NCBI GenBank assembly: GCA_949295915.1
Contig: CASFNB010000002.1
Location: forward strand, 45,729 to 109,728
Direction: 5' to 3'
DNA: 64,000 nt
Source: an uncultured Pseudomonadota bacterium
Lineage (GTDB): Bacteria; Pseudomonadota; Alphaproteobacteria; RF32; CAG-239
The notes beneath the pieces are model-generated. The model was not told the DNA's origin. It saw nothing but the letters and a program-made list of their open reading frames with translations, and made no database searches. How positions within the stretch are numbered: position 1 is the stretch's first letter; the number at the start of each line of letters is the position of its first letter. The translations under genes were made by a program, and so were the position numbers. Of the stretch, positions 1-9,258 are shown piece by piece.

Positions 1-514
1 AATACAGCCGGTCCGGCAAATCAAAATTTCCTGAAATTAAATATATTTGTTTTTTTCCATATTCAGAAGCGTATCGGAACTCATTTTTTTTCTTTCCGAT
101 TGTAATAAAATCGAGTAATTTTCCTTTTTCGTTATATGTTTTTATTTGGATTCCCTTGGCATCGTTTTCTGATAAAACTTCTGCCTCTTTTGCCGTTATA
201 TCAACAGGCAAAGCTTCAATTTTAGCTTGATTTATATCTTGAAACAGTTGATTGACGGTCATAAGATCCGCATAATATCCGTCAGCTTCTTTAACCCGCC
301 AAAACTTGTCATGATAATACAAACTAATCTGCAATTTTGGAAATTTTATAACAATTTTGTTAATATTCGTTCCTTGTTTATTTGTTTTTTCAAAAAGAAA
401 ATTTCCGATTGGATTTTCGTTAACATACACATTTTTTTCGTTAAATAAAAAATATGTAATGCCAATAGAAACACAGGTTATGAACAAACTAATGATAAGT
501 ATCTTTTTATTCAT
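1..514 (-). CDS. Partial DUF4340-like membrane-anchored protein. The C-terminus runs off the window; the start codon is at 514..512.
   Basis: Minus-strand ORF starting with ATG (MNKKILIISLFITCVSIGITYF..., N-terminal TM helix). It overlaps the stop of the upstream GldG-like gene by 8 nt. A DUF4340 protein typically follows gldG in Gld-like ABC operons. Confidence 0.5.
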   Translation of the reverse strand, partial: MNKKILIISLFITCVSIGITYFLFNEKNVYVNENPIGNFLFEKTNKQGTNINKIVIKFPKLQISLYYHDKFWRVKEADGYYADLMTVNQLFQDINQAKIEALPVDITAKEAEVLSENDAKGIQIKTYNEKGKLLDFITIGKKKNEFRYASEYGKKQIYLISGNFDLPDRLY

Positions 515-2366
515 TTATAATCCTTACATTTTCCTGTCTACGATGATAAACATACATTTTTACAAAAACAAAAGCCAAAAGCAACAAGCCAAGCGGAATA
601 AACAGCATATTAGCCAAAATTATTGCCGTAACTTTCTGTCCGCTTTTCTGTTGTATCTTATAGTTTAAGGCTTTTAACTCTTCCATTATCTCTTGCTGCC
701 GGCGATTATATTTATCCAATTCTTGAATTTTTAATAAAGACATGCCGATTTCTCCGGAACGAAGCTTTTGCTGAAAGGCTGACAAATCTTTTTTCAAGTT
801 GGAAACTTCTTCTTCCTTATGCTTATATTCCTCAGAAAAAGAAGCAAAGGTTTGTTCATAAATTTGTTCGGCAATATTTTTATCTTGATTGATTAAATAT
901 TTTACTCTGAGTTTTGCCATTTCGTCATTTCCGCTCATATAATCAATCACACTCAAGATAAAATCAGCATTGTTGTTAGCCGGAACCTGATCATAAACCA
1001 CGGCCTCTTTTTGATATCCGGTCAAATTCCACGTTTCATCTGCAATAAAATCACTATCGGCAATAACCATAATCTGCGCCGGTTTTGCACTGACAGATAA
1101 ATGCGGAGGAAAACTTTGCGCCAAGGATGTATTTTGAACAATGCTCTGCTCAAATGAAGACGTAAACATCCCGTCAATCCAATATGCTAAATTATATTTT
1201 TGATGTTCGGGAGAAAGAGCATTATATATTGTTTCAACATCATTATATTTAACAACATCAGCCTCTATCAGGTTGCCCTGCTCAGAAGTAAAGAAAATGG
1301 CCTGATATTTTGCTTCATTTTGAGGAACTCCGATTTCCAAATTTCCGGATGAACGAAAAGATATTGAAGACCAACTCTTTCCTAAAAAAGATGGAATATT
1401 CATATTCTCGGCTGATAAATTTAAATATGTCGGATTAGTCTGATTACTTAAAGTTGTTTGATATGCCGGGCGGCTTAATGTTTCATCTGCTACTATTTTT
1501 TGGTCGTCCGACTTTACCCCCCATTTTTCCAACAACGGCAGCAACATATTATGGTTTTTCTTTGTATAGGAGTATTTTTCTGCAATGGTTTCGGCATACG
1601 AGTCTATAAACAAGACTAAGTTTCCGCCACGCATAATAAATTGATCTAAAGCATAAACAAAATTAACGTCAACTTGTTGTGGATTAAAGACCAATAAAAT
1701 ATTAATATTCTGCGGAATCAGCGATATTCTTTTATCCAAAAATGCAAGTTTATAATCTGCTTTTATTTTATTAAATATTTGCCAATCGGATATATTTCCG
1801 CCAAAAGATATAACACCTATAGTTTTTTGCTGTGCGCCGTTGAGTTTAGCTAAAATTCTGCTTATGTCATACTCGGCATAATTTTGTCTTTGTAAAGAAA
1901 AATAAGGTATAACAAAGCGTTTCCCGTCTCCGTTAGAAAAGACAGCTCCAAAATACATATTTTTGGTATTTTCAGAATCGGGAAACGGACGGATTCCTTC
2001 TCTTTTTGCCTCATATTCAGCCGGAGAATAAGGTTCGGGATTCTTAATGTTTATACTAATTTTTCCACCTGACAAAGCTTGATATTTTTCCAGCATTCGC
2101 AATATACTTTGCCGATATAAATCAAGCTCAGGATACTCGGCATCCAAATCATCCGAAACATAAATCGTAATATTTGTCGGCTGAACCATATCCTTTGCTA
2201 TTTTTTCCGAAGCTTTTGTTAATCCGTATCTTTGCAAAGTTGTAACATCTGTTTTTTTGCTGCCGAAAATCAACGTGAAACTGCTCATCAAAGCAATAAA
2301 TACCACGCCGGCCATAAGGATTAATGCCGACAACGATAAAAATTTTAAATATTTCTTTTTATCCAT
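507..2366 (-). CDS. GldG-like ABC transporter auxiliary or substrate-binding component
   Basis: 620-aa product with an N-terminal TM, a large extracytoplasmic domain, and a C-terminal coiled coil plus TM. A GGAGGT RBS lies 7 nt before the MDKKKYL start at 2366. It follows the ABC-2 permease and ATPase genes in the classic gldA/gldF/gldG order. Confidence 0.7.
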   Translation of the reverse strand: MDKKKYLKFLSLSALILMAGVVFIALMSSFTLIFGSKKTDVTTLQRYGLTKASEKIAKDMVQPTNITIYVSDDLDAEYPELDLYRQSILRMLEKYQALSGGKISINIKNPEPYSPAEYEAKREGIRPFPDSENTKNMYFGAVFSNGDGKRFVIPYFSLQRQNYAEYDISRILAKLNGAQQKTIGVISFGGNISDWQIFNKIKADYKLAFLDKRISLIPQNINILLVFNPQQVDVNFVYALDQFIMRGGNLVLFIDSYAETIAEKYSYTKKNHNMLLPLLEKWGVKSDDQKIVADETLSRPAYQTTLSNQTNPTYLNLSAENMNIPSFLGKSWSSISFRSSGNLEIGVPQNEAKYQAIFFTSEQGNLIEADVVKYNDVETIYNALSPEHQKYNLAYWIDGMFTSSFEQSIVQNTSLAQSFPPHLSVSAKPAQIMVIADSDFIADETWNLTGYQKEAVVYDQVPANNNADFILSVIDYMSGNDEMAKLRVKYLINQDKNIAEQIYEQTFASFSEEYKHKEEEVSNLKKDLSAFQQKLRSGEIGMSLLKIQELDKYNRRQQEIMEELKALNYKIQQKSGQKVTAIILANMLFIPLGLLLLAFVFVKMYVYHRRQENVRIINE

Positions 2367-2379
2367 TTTGCGCACCTCC

Positions 2380-3111
2380 TTAATTCTTTTTAAAATCGAC
2401 AACGGCAAAATTCAGCAACAAACAAATTAAAACGGATAATACAAAAAATAATATATTGTCCAAACTGATTTGTCCTGTAATCAAATCATAATAATGATTA
2501 TTCAAATTTAACATATTAGACAATTTGCTTTCTGCAGATATAGGCATGTTAATGATTTTGATAAGCTTTGAAAAATCATATACATTAACAAAGAGCAAAA
2601 CCATTACTCCCCACAAATAAGACACGGCCGGAGATGAACAAAATGTTGAGATTAAACAGCACAAAGCACAAAAACTTCCTGACACCATCAAAACGGCGAT
2701 ATATCCGGCAACAATATTCAAATTATCGGTTTGAAAATATACATTCATATATATCCACAAAGGAGTACTTAAGAACAACATACATACACACATAAACCAC
2801 GCAGCCAAAAACTTACCAAAGATTATTGAAAAGAGTGATATAGGTTGTGTAAGCAAAAATTCCAAAGTTCCGTTTTTTCGTTCTTCTGCCCACAGACGCA
2901 TGGTCACGGCAGGAATCAAAAAAGCCATTATATAGGGTTGAAAATAAAAGAATGAAAATAATCCGGCATTGTTTATACTAAAAAAACCGCCGCCGAAAAA
3001 GGTTAAGAACATGGATATCAGGATATAAACCGCCAAAACGACCCATGCCTGCACCCCTTCAAAAAAAGAAAACACTTCTTTTTTAAATATAATATTCCAC
3101 TCTCTGCTCAT
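2380..3111 (-). CDS. ABC-2 family transporter permease (GldF-like)
   Basis: Polytopic membrane protein of about 6 TM helices. The start was chosen at MSREWNI to avoid a 40-nt overlap with the ATPase gene. It is translationally coupled to its neighbours. Confidence 0.7.
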   Translation of the reverse strand: MSREWNIIFKKEVFSFFEGVQAWVVLAVYILISMFLTFFGGGFFSINNAGLFSFFYFQPYIMAFLIPAVTMRLWAEERKNGTLEFLLTQPISLFSIIFGKFLAAWFMCVCMLFLSTPLWIYMNVYFQTDNLNIVAGYIAVLMVSGSFCALCCLISTFCSSPAVSYLWGVMVLLFVNVYDFSKLIKIINMPISAESKLSNMLNLNNHYYDLITGQISLDNILFFVLSVLICLLLNFAVVDFKKN

Positions 3112-3112
3112 G

Positions 3113-3832
3113 CTATTCAGCCTCACTGGTAATTTTGTAAAATGCGGTTTCAATATTGTGTTCGGGGAAAAGCTCTTTCAGCTCGGTCGGTGACGTATCT
3201 TTAACCAATTTTCCGTGATTGAGTAAGATCACTCTGTCGGCCATGGCTTCCACTTCTTCCATAATATGAGTGGATATAATGATAATCTTATCTTTTCCAT
3301 AATTTTTTAAATAATTTCTGATACTGAATTTTTGATTCGGATCCAAACCTTCGGTAGGTTCATCTAAAATTAAAATTTCCGGATTGTGAATCAATGCCGC
3401 AGCTATTCCCGTCCGTCGTTTAAAACCCTTTGACAAAGTTTCTATCTTTTGATTGATTACGCTCTTTAGCTCTAAATTTTCCACTACTTTTTTTAGATTC
3501 TGCTCAAATTCATTTTTTTTCATACCTCTTAATTGAGAGGCATAACGCAAAAAATCGGCAACTGTCATATCATTATACAAGAAACCGCTTTCAGGGACAT
3601 AACCGATTTTTTTCAAACAAAACTTTCGTTCGGTTTTGATATCCTTATCAAAGATGCGCACTTCACCTGATGTCGGTTCAATATAGCCGGTAAGAAGACG
3701 CATCAATGTTGTTTTTCCGGCACCGTTAGGCCCCAGAAGAGAAACCACCTCTCCTTTGGATATACAGAAATTAACATTGTTTACGGCTTGTTTGTTGCCA
3801 TAATTTTTACATAAGTTTTTAACCACAATCAT
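3113..3832 (-). CDS. ABC transporter ATP-binding protein (GldA-like)
   Basis: Walker A GPNGAGKTT, signature LSKGFKRR, Walker B ILILDEPTEGLD, and an H-loop. Confidence 0.9.
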   Translation of the reverse strand: MIVVKNLCKNYGNKQAVNNVNFCISKGEVVSLLGPNGAGKTTLMRLLTGYIEPTSGEVRIFDKDIKTERKFCLKKIGYVPESGFLYNDMTVADFLRYASQLRGMKKNEFEQNLKKVVENLELKSVINQKIETLSKGFKRRTGIAAALIHNPEILILDEPTEGLDPNQKFSIRNYLKNYGKDKIIIISTHIMEEVEAMADRVILLNHGKLVKDTSPTELKELFPEHNIETAFYKITSEAE

Positions 3833-3978
3833 TTCATTTCTTTCTTTACTTTCATCAACTGTATATTAATCAATTTTTTTTTAAATTTTAACAATTATTT
3901 TCATTTTTCAAAATGTTTGATGACAAAATATTTATTTTACGTTATTTATATAGCAAATAAATATTTCTAGGAGCAGAT

Positions 3979-4470
3979 ATGAACGAAGAAGTTTATACAA
4001 AAGATGAAGCAAGACACTTAAAAGTCGGAATCTATACCGCCATGATTCTTGCTTTAATTTCCGGTATTTATGTAGTCAATAAAGATAGTATGGCACATAA
4101 AGAAAGCGGAAAATATTATACCGTTGATGCTCGTTTTAACCGGACTGACGGATTGCTTGTCGGCGACCAAGTAAGATTGGCCGGTGTTGATATCGGAAGA
4201 GTTGTCGGCGCAAAACTTGACGAACATTTCAAAGCAATATTAACTTTGGACATTAAAGAAAACGTAAAGATTCCCGATGATAGCAGTGCCTCCATCGTCA
4301 GTTCTGGACTAATGGGTAAAAAATATATTGAAATTGAACCCGGTGGGTCTATGGATTACATTCCTCAAGGAGGAGAGTTTTCATATACTCAAGATGCTAT
4401 GGTCTTAGAAGAATTGATGGATAGGATCATTTCTATCGGAAAAGCTAACCGCAAAGCCGAAAATAAATAA
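3979..4470 (+). CDS. MlaD/MCE-domain protein (paralog 1)
   Basis: N-terminal TM anchor followed by a single MCE domain (…VRLAGVDIGRVVGAKLD…ASIVSSGLMGKKYIEIEPG). Confidence 0.8.
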   Translation: MNEEVYTKDEARHLKVGIYTAMILALISGIYVVNKDSMAHKESGKYYTVDARFNRTDGLLVGDQVRLAGVDIGRVVGAKLDEHFKAILTLDIKENVKIPDDSSASIVSSGLMGKKYIEIEPGGSMDYIPQGGEFSYTQDAMVLEELMDRIISIGKANRKAENK

Positions 4471-4497
4471 ATTTATCTTTTTAGGAGTGTTTTTAAT

Positions 4498-4959
4498 ATG
4501 AATAAAAAACCGGTTGAAACAATTATGGGTATTGTGGTCCTTTTTGTGGCCGCATCTTTCTTATACTTTGGCTTCAAAGTTTCTGATTTGCAAGTCGTAA
4601 AAGGTTATAATGTTACGGCCAATTTCTTAAAAGTTGGCGGGTTGAATGTTGGTTCAGATGTCAGAATCAATGGCATCAAGGTTGGTTCCATTGTTGAATT
4701 AACATTAGATGAACAAGATTACATTGCCGATGTTAAAATGAGCATTTTGCCTAACATCAAATTACCCAAAGACAGTGTTGCAACCATTGTCGGCGATGGT
4801 TTGATGGGAGATAAATTTATCAAAATCGAACCGGGAAAATCTAAAGAAATGTTAGCGGACGGAGATACCATCTCCAATGTTAAAGATTTCAAATCTTTAG
4901 AAGATATGGTCGGTGAAATCATTTTTATGGTAACGGATAATGGACAGAATAACAACTAA
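4498..4959 (+). CDS. MlaD/MCE-domain protein (paralog 2)
   Basis: Same architecture as the upstream gene (…VRINGIKVGSIVELTLD…ATIVGDGLMGDKFIKIEPG). It is in tandem and has an AGGAG RBS. Confidence 0.8.
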   Translation: MNKKPVETIMGIVVLFVAASFLYFGFKVSDLQVVKGYNVTANFLKVGGLNVGSDVRINGIKVGSIVELTLDEQDYIADVKMSILPNIKLPKDSVATIVGDGLMGDKFIKIEPGKSKEMLADGDTISNVKDFKSLEDMVGEIIFMVTDNGQNNN

Positions 4960-5914
4960 ACTTTTATCCGGCATTGCAACCGGAGCCATGCTGTCAATTT
5001 CAGCTAATGCAGCCGAAATTGATACCAACATGGCTCAAATGCAAGCCATGGATAAAATCACGGGAAAAGTCAGCGTTATTAATGTTCCGGTTAACGGAAA
5101 TGTTAATTTCGGCAGTTTTTCCATTCTGGTAAGGGCATGCAAAACCAGACCGCCCGAAGACACGCCGGAAAATTTTGCTTTTGTTGATGTGGTTGATAAT
5201 TATAACAGCAAAACACCTGTAAATATTTTTCGCGGATGGATGATTTCTTCTTCTCCGGCTCTAAATCCCGTTGAGCATCCGATTTATGATGTCTGGCTCT
5301 TAAAATGTATTAACGGTAATACAGATAATGCCGTTTTGCTATCCCAAGAGGAATTGAAAGCCAGAGATGCTTTACCAAAAGTGCAACCTCTCAGCAGCGA
5401 AACAAAACTAAAATCTCGTGAAGAAAATGATTCGGAGATAAAAACATCCAATAAAGCAGACGAAAATATTTCTTCACCTCTTGAAAAACAACCTAATTTC
5501 ACTGACAATATGCCCATGGAAGAAGTATTGCTACAAAATCATCAGATTAGTGATCCTTCTTCCCTATCGGCAGAATTTTCAGAACCGACTTTACCGGAAC
5601 AACCGCAGCAAGTTGAAGAAGGAGCTCCTCAATCTTTATTCAATATCGGAAATAACAATACTGAACCAGAAACAAATCTCTCTTCGGATAAACCGATAGA
5701 AAATTTAGATGAAGAAAAAGAAGAATCAACAGGCTTCTTTGGGAAAATTATAAATTTTGGTGAGAATGATTCCAATGAAATGCCGTCTCAACAAGATTCT
5801 AATACTGATGAAAATACCCCCTCATCAGAAGAGAACATTCTTGAGACCGAAAATGTTAATATAGATATCGATGTTGAAGAAATAAACAAAGAACTAATGC
5901 AAATGCAACAATAA
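4940..5914 (+). CDS. Secreted DUF2155-like protein with a long acidic low-complexity C-terminal tail
   Basis: Signal peptide (…AMLSISANA|AE). The conserved block …FGSFSILVRACKTRPPEDTPENFAFVDV…IFRGWMISSSPALNPVEHPIYDVWLLKC matches my recollection of alphaproteobacterial DUF2155. The C-terminal ~170 aa are rich in E, D, N and S and look disordered. Confidence 0.6.
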   Translation: MDRITTKLLSGIATGAMLSISANAAEIDTNMAQMQAMDKITGKVSVINVPVNGNVNFGSFSILVRACKTRPPEDTPENFAFVDVVDNYNSKTPVNIFRGWMISSSPALNPVEHPIYDVWLLKCINGNTDNAVLLSQEELKARDALPKVQPLSSETKLKSREENDSEIKTSNKADENISSPLEKQPNFTDNMPMEEVLLQNHQISDPSSLSAEFSEPTLPEQPQQVEEGAPQSLFNIGNNNTEPETNLSSDKPIENLDEEKEESTGFFGKIINFGENDSNEMPSQQDSNTDENTPSSEENILETENVNIDIDVEEINKELMQMQQ

Positions 5915-5957
5915 ATATTTCCTCAACACACTAGAGAGTGTAAAAAACTAGCAAAAA

Positions 5958-5992
5958 ATCCCGTTGATTTCTAAAATCAGCGGGATTTATTT
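5958..5992. terminator. Bidirectional rho-independent terminator
   Basis: 14-bp stem aaatcccgttgatt/aatcagcgggattt with a tctaaa loop, flanked by A/T runs. It lies between the convergent genes 4940..5914 (+) and 5994..6293 (-). Confidence 0.7.
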
Positions 5993-5993
5993 A

Positions 5994-6293
5994 TTAAAAC
6001 AATGAAAAGTCTGTCTCTGCCGCAAGCACTGCGCGATTTCCATTATCCTGCAACCACACATCAACGCGATCCCCTTTTCTAAATTCAAAACTACCGATAG
6101 AAAGTGTATCGTCTGCATAAAGATAATCGGAATGACATTCTCCAATGAGAGATTCCGCTTCTTCATACGTACAATATCCATTCTGCAGATACGCCTGATA
6201 AAGCCCCCAAGTAGATACCATCATCTGTCCATCTTTTTGATAAGCAGATGCCGTAACTTTTGTCGCTTTTAGTCTTTTAGGCGCCTTATACAT
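5994..6293 (-). CDS. Hypothetical protein (99 aa)
   Basis: ORF with no recognisable motifs. It abuts the IS110 element. Confidence 0.4.
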   Translation of the reverse strand: MYKAPKRLKATKVTASAYQKDGQMMVSTWGLYQAYLQNGYCTYEEAESLIGECHSDYLYADDTLSIGSFEFRKGDRVDVWLQDNGNRAVLAAETDFSLF

Positions 6294-6345
6294 TAAAGGG
6301 ACAATAAACGAAGTATGCTATACAATGTTTATTGTCCCTAATTGT

Positions 6346-6373
6346 TTGTGAGGATGTTGCAACATCCTCACAA
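6346..6373. repeat. 28-bp perfect palindrome inside a GC-rich segment 5' of the IS110 transposase gene
   Basis: ttgtgaggatgttg|caacatcctcacaa are exact reverse complements. The surrounding 6340..6440 is about 55% GC against a roughly 33% genome average. Confidence 0.8.
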
Positions 6374-6504
6374 GTGCCGGCAGCGGCTGAGGCCCAGGGG
6401 GCTTAAGTTTATACACTTGTAAAAAAGCAAAGTCCGCCGGCATATTTAGGGTTAGTCGTATCGTTGATTGAGCTTTAACGCTCGTGTATAAGGAGGACTT
6501 ACCC

Positions 6505-7434
6505 ATGAATGACTATAACATAAATATTGGAATAGATGTAGCAAAAAATCATTTAGATGTATGTATTTTACCCTCCGGCAAGACTAAACGCTTTAAGAAC
6601 AATGAGTTAGGGATACTATCACTCATAGAATTTATTGGAGATAAAGAGCAAATAGAACGGATTATTTTGGAACCAACCGGAGGCTATGAAGAATTGGTGT
6701 TAGAACTGTTATCAGAAAAAAATTATAAGATAAGTCTTGTCAACGCCGCCCAAATCAGAGCTTTTGCAAGAGCAAATGGCATATTAGCTAAAACAGATAA
6801 AATTGATGCGAAAGTTCTTGCTGATTATGGAACAAAAATTCCAAGTCGCTTGTATGTACCTTTATCATTACCACTCAAACAACTCCGAAAATATGTTCAG
6901 CGTCGTCGCCAGCTTTTACATATGATTGTTGAAGAAAAGAATCGTCTGAAAAAAGAACGAGATGGTGAAATGATTATTTTAATCAAAGAAACTCTGGAAT
7001 ATCTCAATAAACAAAAAGATATTTTAGAACAAAGAATTATTGAAAAAATTGAAACCGATGAGCAGTTAAAAAGCATAAAAGAAGTTTTAGTTTCAATGAA
7101 AGGTATTGGTTGCGTTACGGCGGCTGTTTTGATATGTGAAGTTCCTGAACTGGGAAAATTAAGCCATAATCAGATTGCAAAGTTAATCGGAGTGGCTCCG
7201 CTTAATCGTGAAAGTGGTATGATGAGAGGAAAAAGCAAAATCTATGGTGGTCGTGGATATGTCAGAGACAGCTTATATTTAGCGGCTTTGCCCGCAATTC
7301 GTTTTGAACCGATTTTAAGAGATTTTTATTTAAGGCTGAAAAATAACGGCAAACCTGGAAAGCTTGCCGTTATTGCTGTTGTGCATAAAATGATTACGAT
7401 ATTAAATGCTCGCTTGCGTGATTTTTATGCTTGA
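6505..7434 (+). CDS. IS110-family transposase
   Basis: N-terminal IGIDVAKNHLDV motif (DEDD RuvC-like fold), C-terminal …VSMKGIGCVTAAVLICEVPELG…, and an AAGGAGGA RBS 7 nt upstream of the ATG at 6505. Confidence 0.9.
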   Translation: MNDYNINIGIDVAKNHLDVCILPSGKTKRFKNNELGILSLIEFIGDKEQIERIILEPTGGYEELVLELLSEKNYKISLVNAAQIRAFARANGILAKTDKIDAKVLADYGTKIPSRLYVPLSLPLKQLRKYVQRRRQLLHMIVEEKNRLKKERDGEMIILIKETLEYLNKQKDILEQRIIEKIETDEQLKSIKEVLVSMKGIGCVTAAVLICEVPELGKLSHNQIAKLIGVAPLNRESGMMRGKSKIYGGRGYVRDSLYLAALPAIRFEPILRDFYLRLKNNGKPGKLAVIAVVHKMITILNARLRDFYA

Positions 7435-7589
7435 CTTTCAATATCGTTGCTTTTTTTCTTGTAATTTTTCTTTCCTAGCAGTCTTTTTCAATGCTTTTGT
7501 CGCTCCAGCTAGAAGGAAAGAGCCTCCAAGCCATAATAATAATCTAATATACATAAACATTACTTTTTAATTGAAAAACAATAAAAAAA

Positions 7590-8159
7590 TTATTTCTCAA
7601 ATTTGAAGTCTTTGCCATCGAATTCAACAACATAGACTTCACAATTTTTCATTGGTTTATCCTCACGCCCCAATGGCATCAAAAAGCATCTGATTGCCGC
7701 ACTATGGGTTGAAATACCAATCACATCTGCCGGCTCTTTTTCTGCAATTTTCAGCAAAGCATTTTTCATGCGGTCGCTGATTTCTTGCTTGCTTTCTCCT
7801 TCGGGAAAATGCAAATCCATGTGTTCATTAGGCATATACCAATATTTCCAAACTTCGGGAAACTTCTTTTCCACTTCACTTTTCGGCATTCCTTCAGCTT
7901 CACCGAGACAAGCTTCACGCAAATCCGGTTCCACAGTCATTGGCATACTGTTATCAAATGCCAGCATTGCCGTTGTCATAGCGCGCTTGAGCGGGCTGGA
8001 ATAGACAATTTGGATTCCGTATGTTTTCAGAACTTCTTTAAGTTCTTTTGCTTGCTGCAAACCATTTTCATTCAGGTCAGCATCCACACTGGACTCCTGA
8101 AAAATTTTCTGTGCATTCAAATCTGTTTCACAGAGGCGAAATAAAATAAATCTTTTCAT
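7590..8159 (-). CDS. Histidine phosphatase (phosphoglycerate mutase) superfamily protein with a degenerate RHG motif
   Basis: Overall match to the PGAM/SixA fold (…SSPLKRAMTTA…GISTHSAAIRCFL). The N-terminal catalytic motif reads RLCETDLN instead of RHGETxWN. Confidence 0.7.
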   Translation of the reverse strand: MKRFILFRLCETDLNAQKIFQESSVDADLNENGLQQAKELKEVLKTYGIQIVYSSPLKRAMTTAMLAFDNSMPMTVEPDLREACLGEAEGMPKSEVEKKFPEVWKYWYMPNEHMDLHFPEGESKQEISDRMKNALLKIAEKEPADVIGISTHSAAIRCFLMPLGREDKPMKNCEVYVVEFDGKDFKFEK

Positions 8160-8236
8160 AAAGCAAATATTTTTAGGATTAATAATTCATTTTTAATATT
8201 TAGACAAATAAATCATAATTTGAATTCTGATTTTTG

Positions 8237-8695
8237 TCAAATATTGATTTTCATCTTTTGCTCTAACGGCTTAAAACCAAGCTTTTTGTAAAATTTATAA
8301 GCTCCAGTGTTATCATTAAACACGCCGAGATTAATTTCGGAAATTCCGCGATTTTTTGTTTCTTCAAACAGCTTTTTCATCAAAGCTTCGGCAATTCCCT
8401 GTCGGCGAAAATCAGGTAAAACGCCAAGCTCACAAACATGGCAGAATCTTTCATTTTCCAAATATGGACGAGAAGTAAACTCGGCACAAAGCCAACCGCA
8501 TATTGTACCGCCCTCTTCTGCGACCCAAGCAAAAGCATTATCATCGGTTAATGTTTCTTGCAAAGACTTAAGTTCATAAGCTTCATCAATCGGCTTAAAA
8601 TAGCCATGCAACACTTTACGATGATGCTCACGCATTTCTCGGCAAATTTCTAAGACTTGCGGAATATCTTTTCCCTCAAATTTTCTAAAAATCAT
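8237..8695 (-). CDS. GNAT family N-acetyltransferase
   Basis: Acetyl-CoA-binding motif RRQGIAEALMKKL…GVFNDNTGAYKFYKKLGF. Confidence 0.85.
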   Translation of the reverse strand: MIFRKFEGKDIPQVLEICREMREHHRKVLHGYFKPIDEAYELKSLQETLTDDNAFAWVAEEGGTICGWLCAEFTSRPYLENERFCHVCELGVLPDFRRQGIAEALMKKLFEETKNRGISEINLGVFNDNTGAYKFYKKLGFKPLEQKMKINI

Positions 8696-9258
8696 AACAA
8701 ATCCAAAATTTCTTTATTCAAACGGCTATGGGTTGAATTTGGACTGATAATATATTCAAAATCCAAGTTTTTAGGCAGATTTTTATAAGATTCTTTGCGT
8801 TTTTCATCCAAAAAGGTATCTTTTGCACCCTGCACCCATTTAATTTTCACTTTATCGTTAGCTTCAATATCTTCCAATAGTTCATCCGGAATATCTGAAT
8901 TAAGCGTAATAACTTCTTTAACCCCAAGCTTAAGCCCGCAATAAAGAGCAATCAAGCCGCCTTGAGAATGTCCGCACAAAATTACATCTTTAGCCCCAAT
9001 GCCTTTTTCTCGCATCAATGTAACCACTGCAGACAATGCCATGACCAAAGAGCAATACCACTCCATCATTCTGACTTTGCGTTGTCCGTCGATTTCATCT
9101 TTTTCAAACCAATAAAATCCTCCTTCATGAATCGTAGATTTATAGGGTGCATTTAGAGAAACCAATTCTGCGTCATATTTTTGAGCCAAATCGGAGACAA
9201 AATCAGCTTGAGCATCTTTGTTTCCGCCTTTTCCGTGCAAAAAAATGAGTAATGTCAT
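8692..9258 (-). CDS. Alpha/beta-hydrolase (phospholipase/carboxylesterase family)
   Basis: FLHGKGGN oxyanion region and a GHSQGG nucleophile elbow. It overlaps the GNAT start by 4 nt. Confidence 0.8.
   Translation of the reverse strand: MTLLIFLHGKGGNKDAQADFVSDLAQKYDAELVSLNAPYKSTIHEGGFYWFEKDEIDGQRKVRMMEWYCSLVMALSAVVTLMREKGIGAKDVILCGHSQGGLIALYCGLKLGVKEVITLNSDIPDELLEDIEANDKVKIKWVQGAKDTFLDEKRKESYKNLPKNLDFEYIISPNSTHSRLNKEILDLL

Larger units (their letters stand above)
6330..7535 (+). mobile_element. IS110-family insertion sequence (boundaries approximate)
   Basis: DEDD-type transposase ORF plus a GC-rich 5' leader with a palindrome. The 3' region has the imperfect inverted repeat ctttcctagc…gctagaaggaaag. 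IS110 elements lack classical terminal inverted repeats, so the ends cannot be fixed from sequence alone. Confidence 0.6.
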
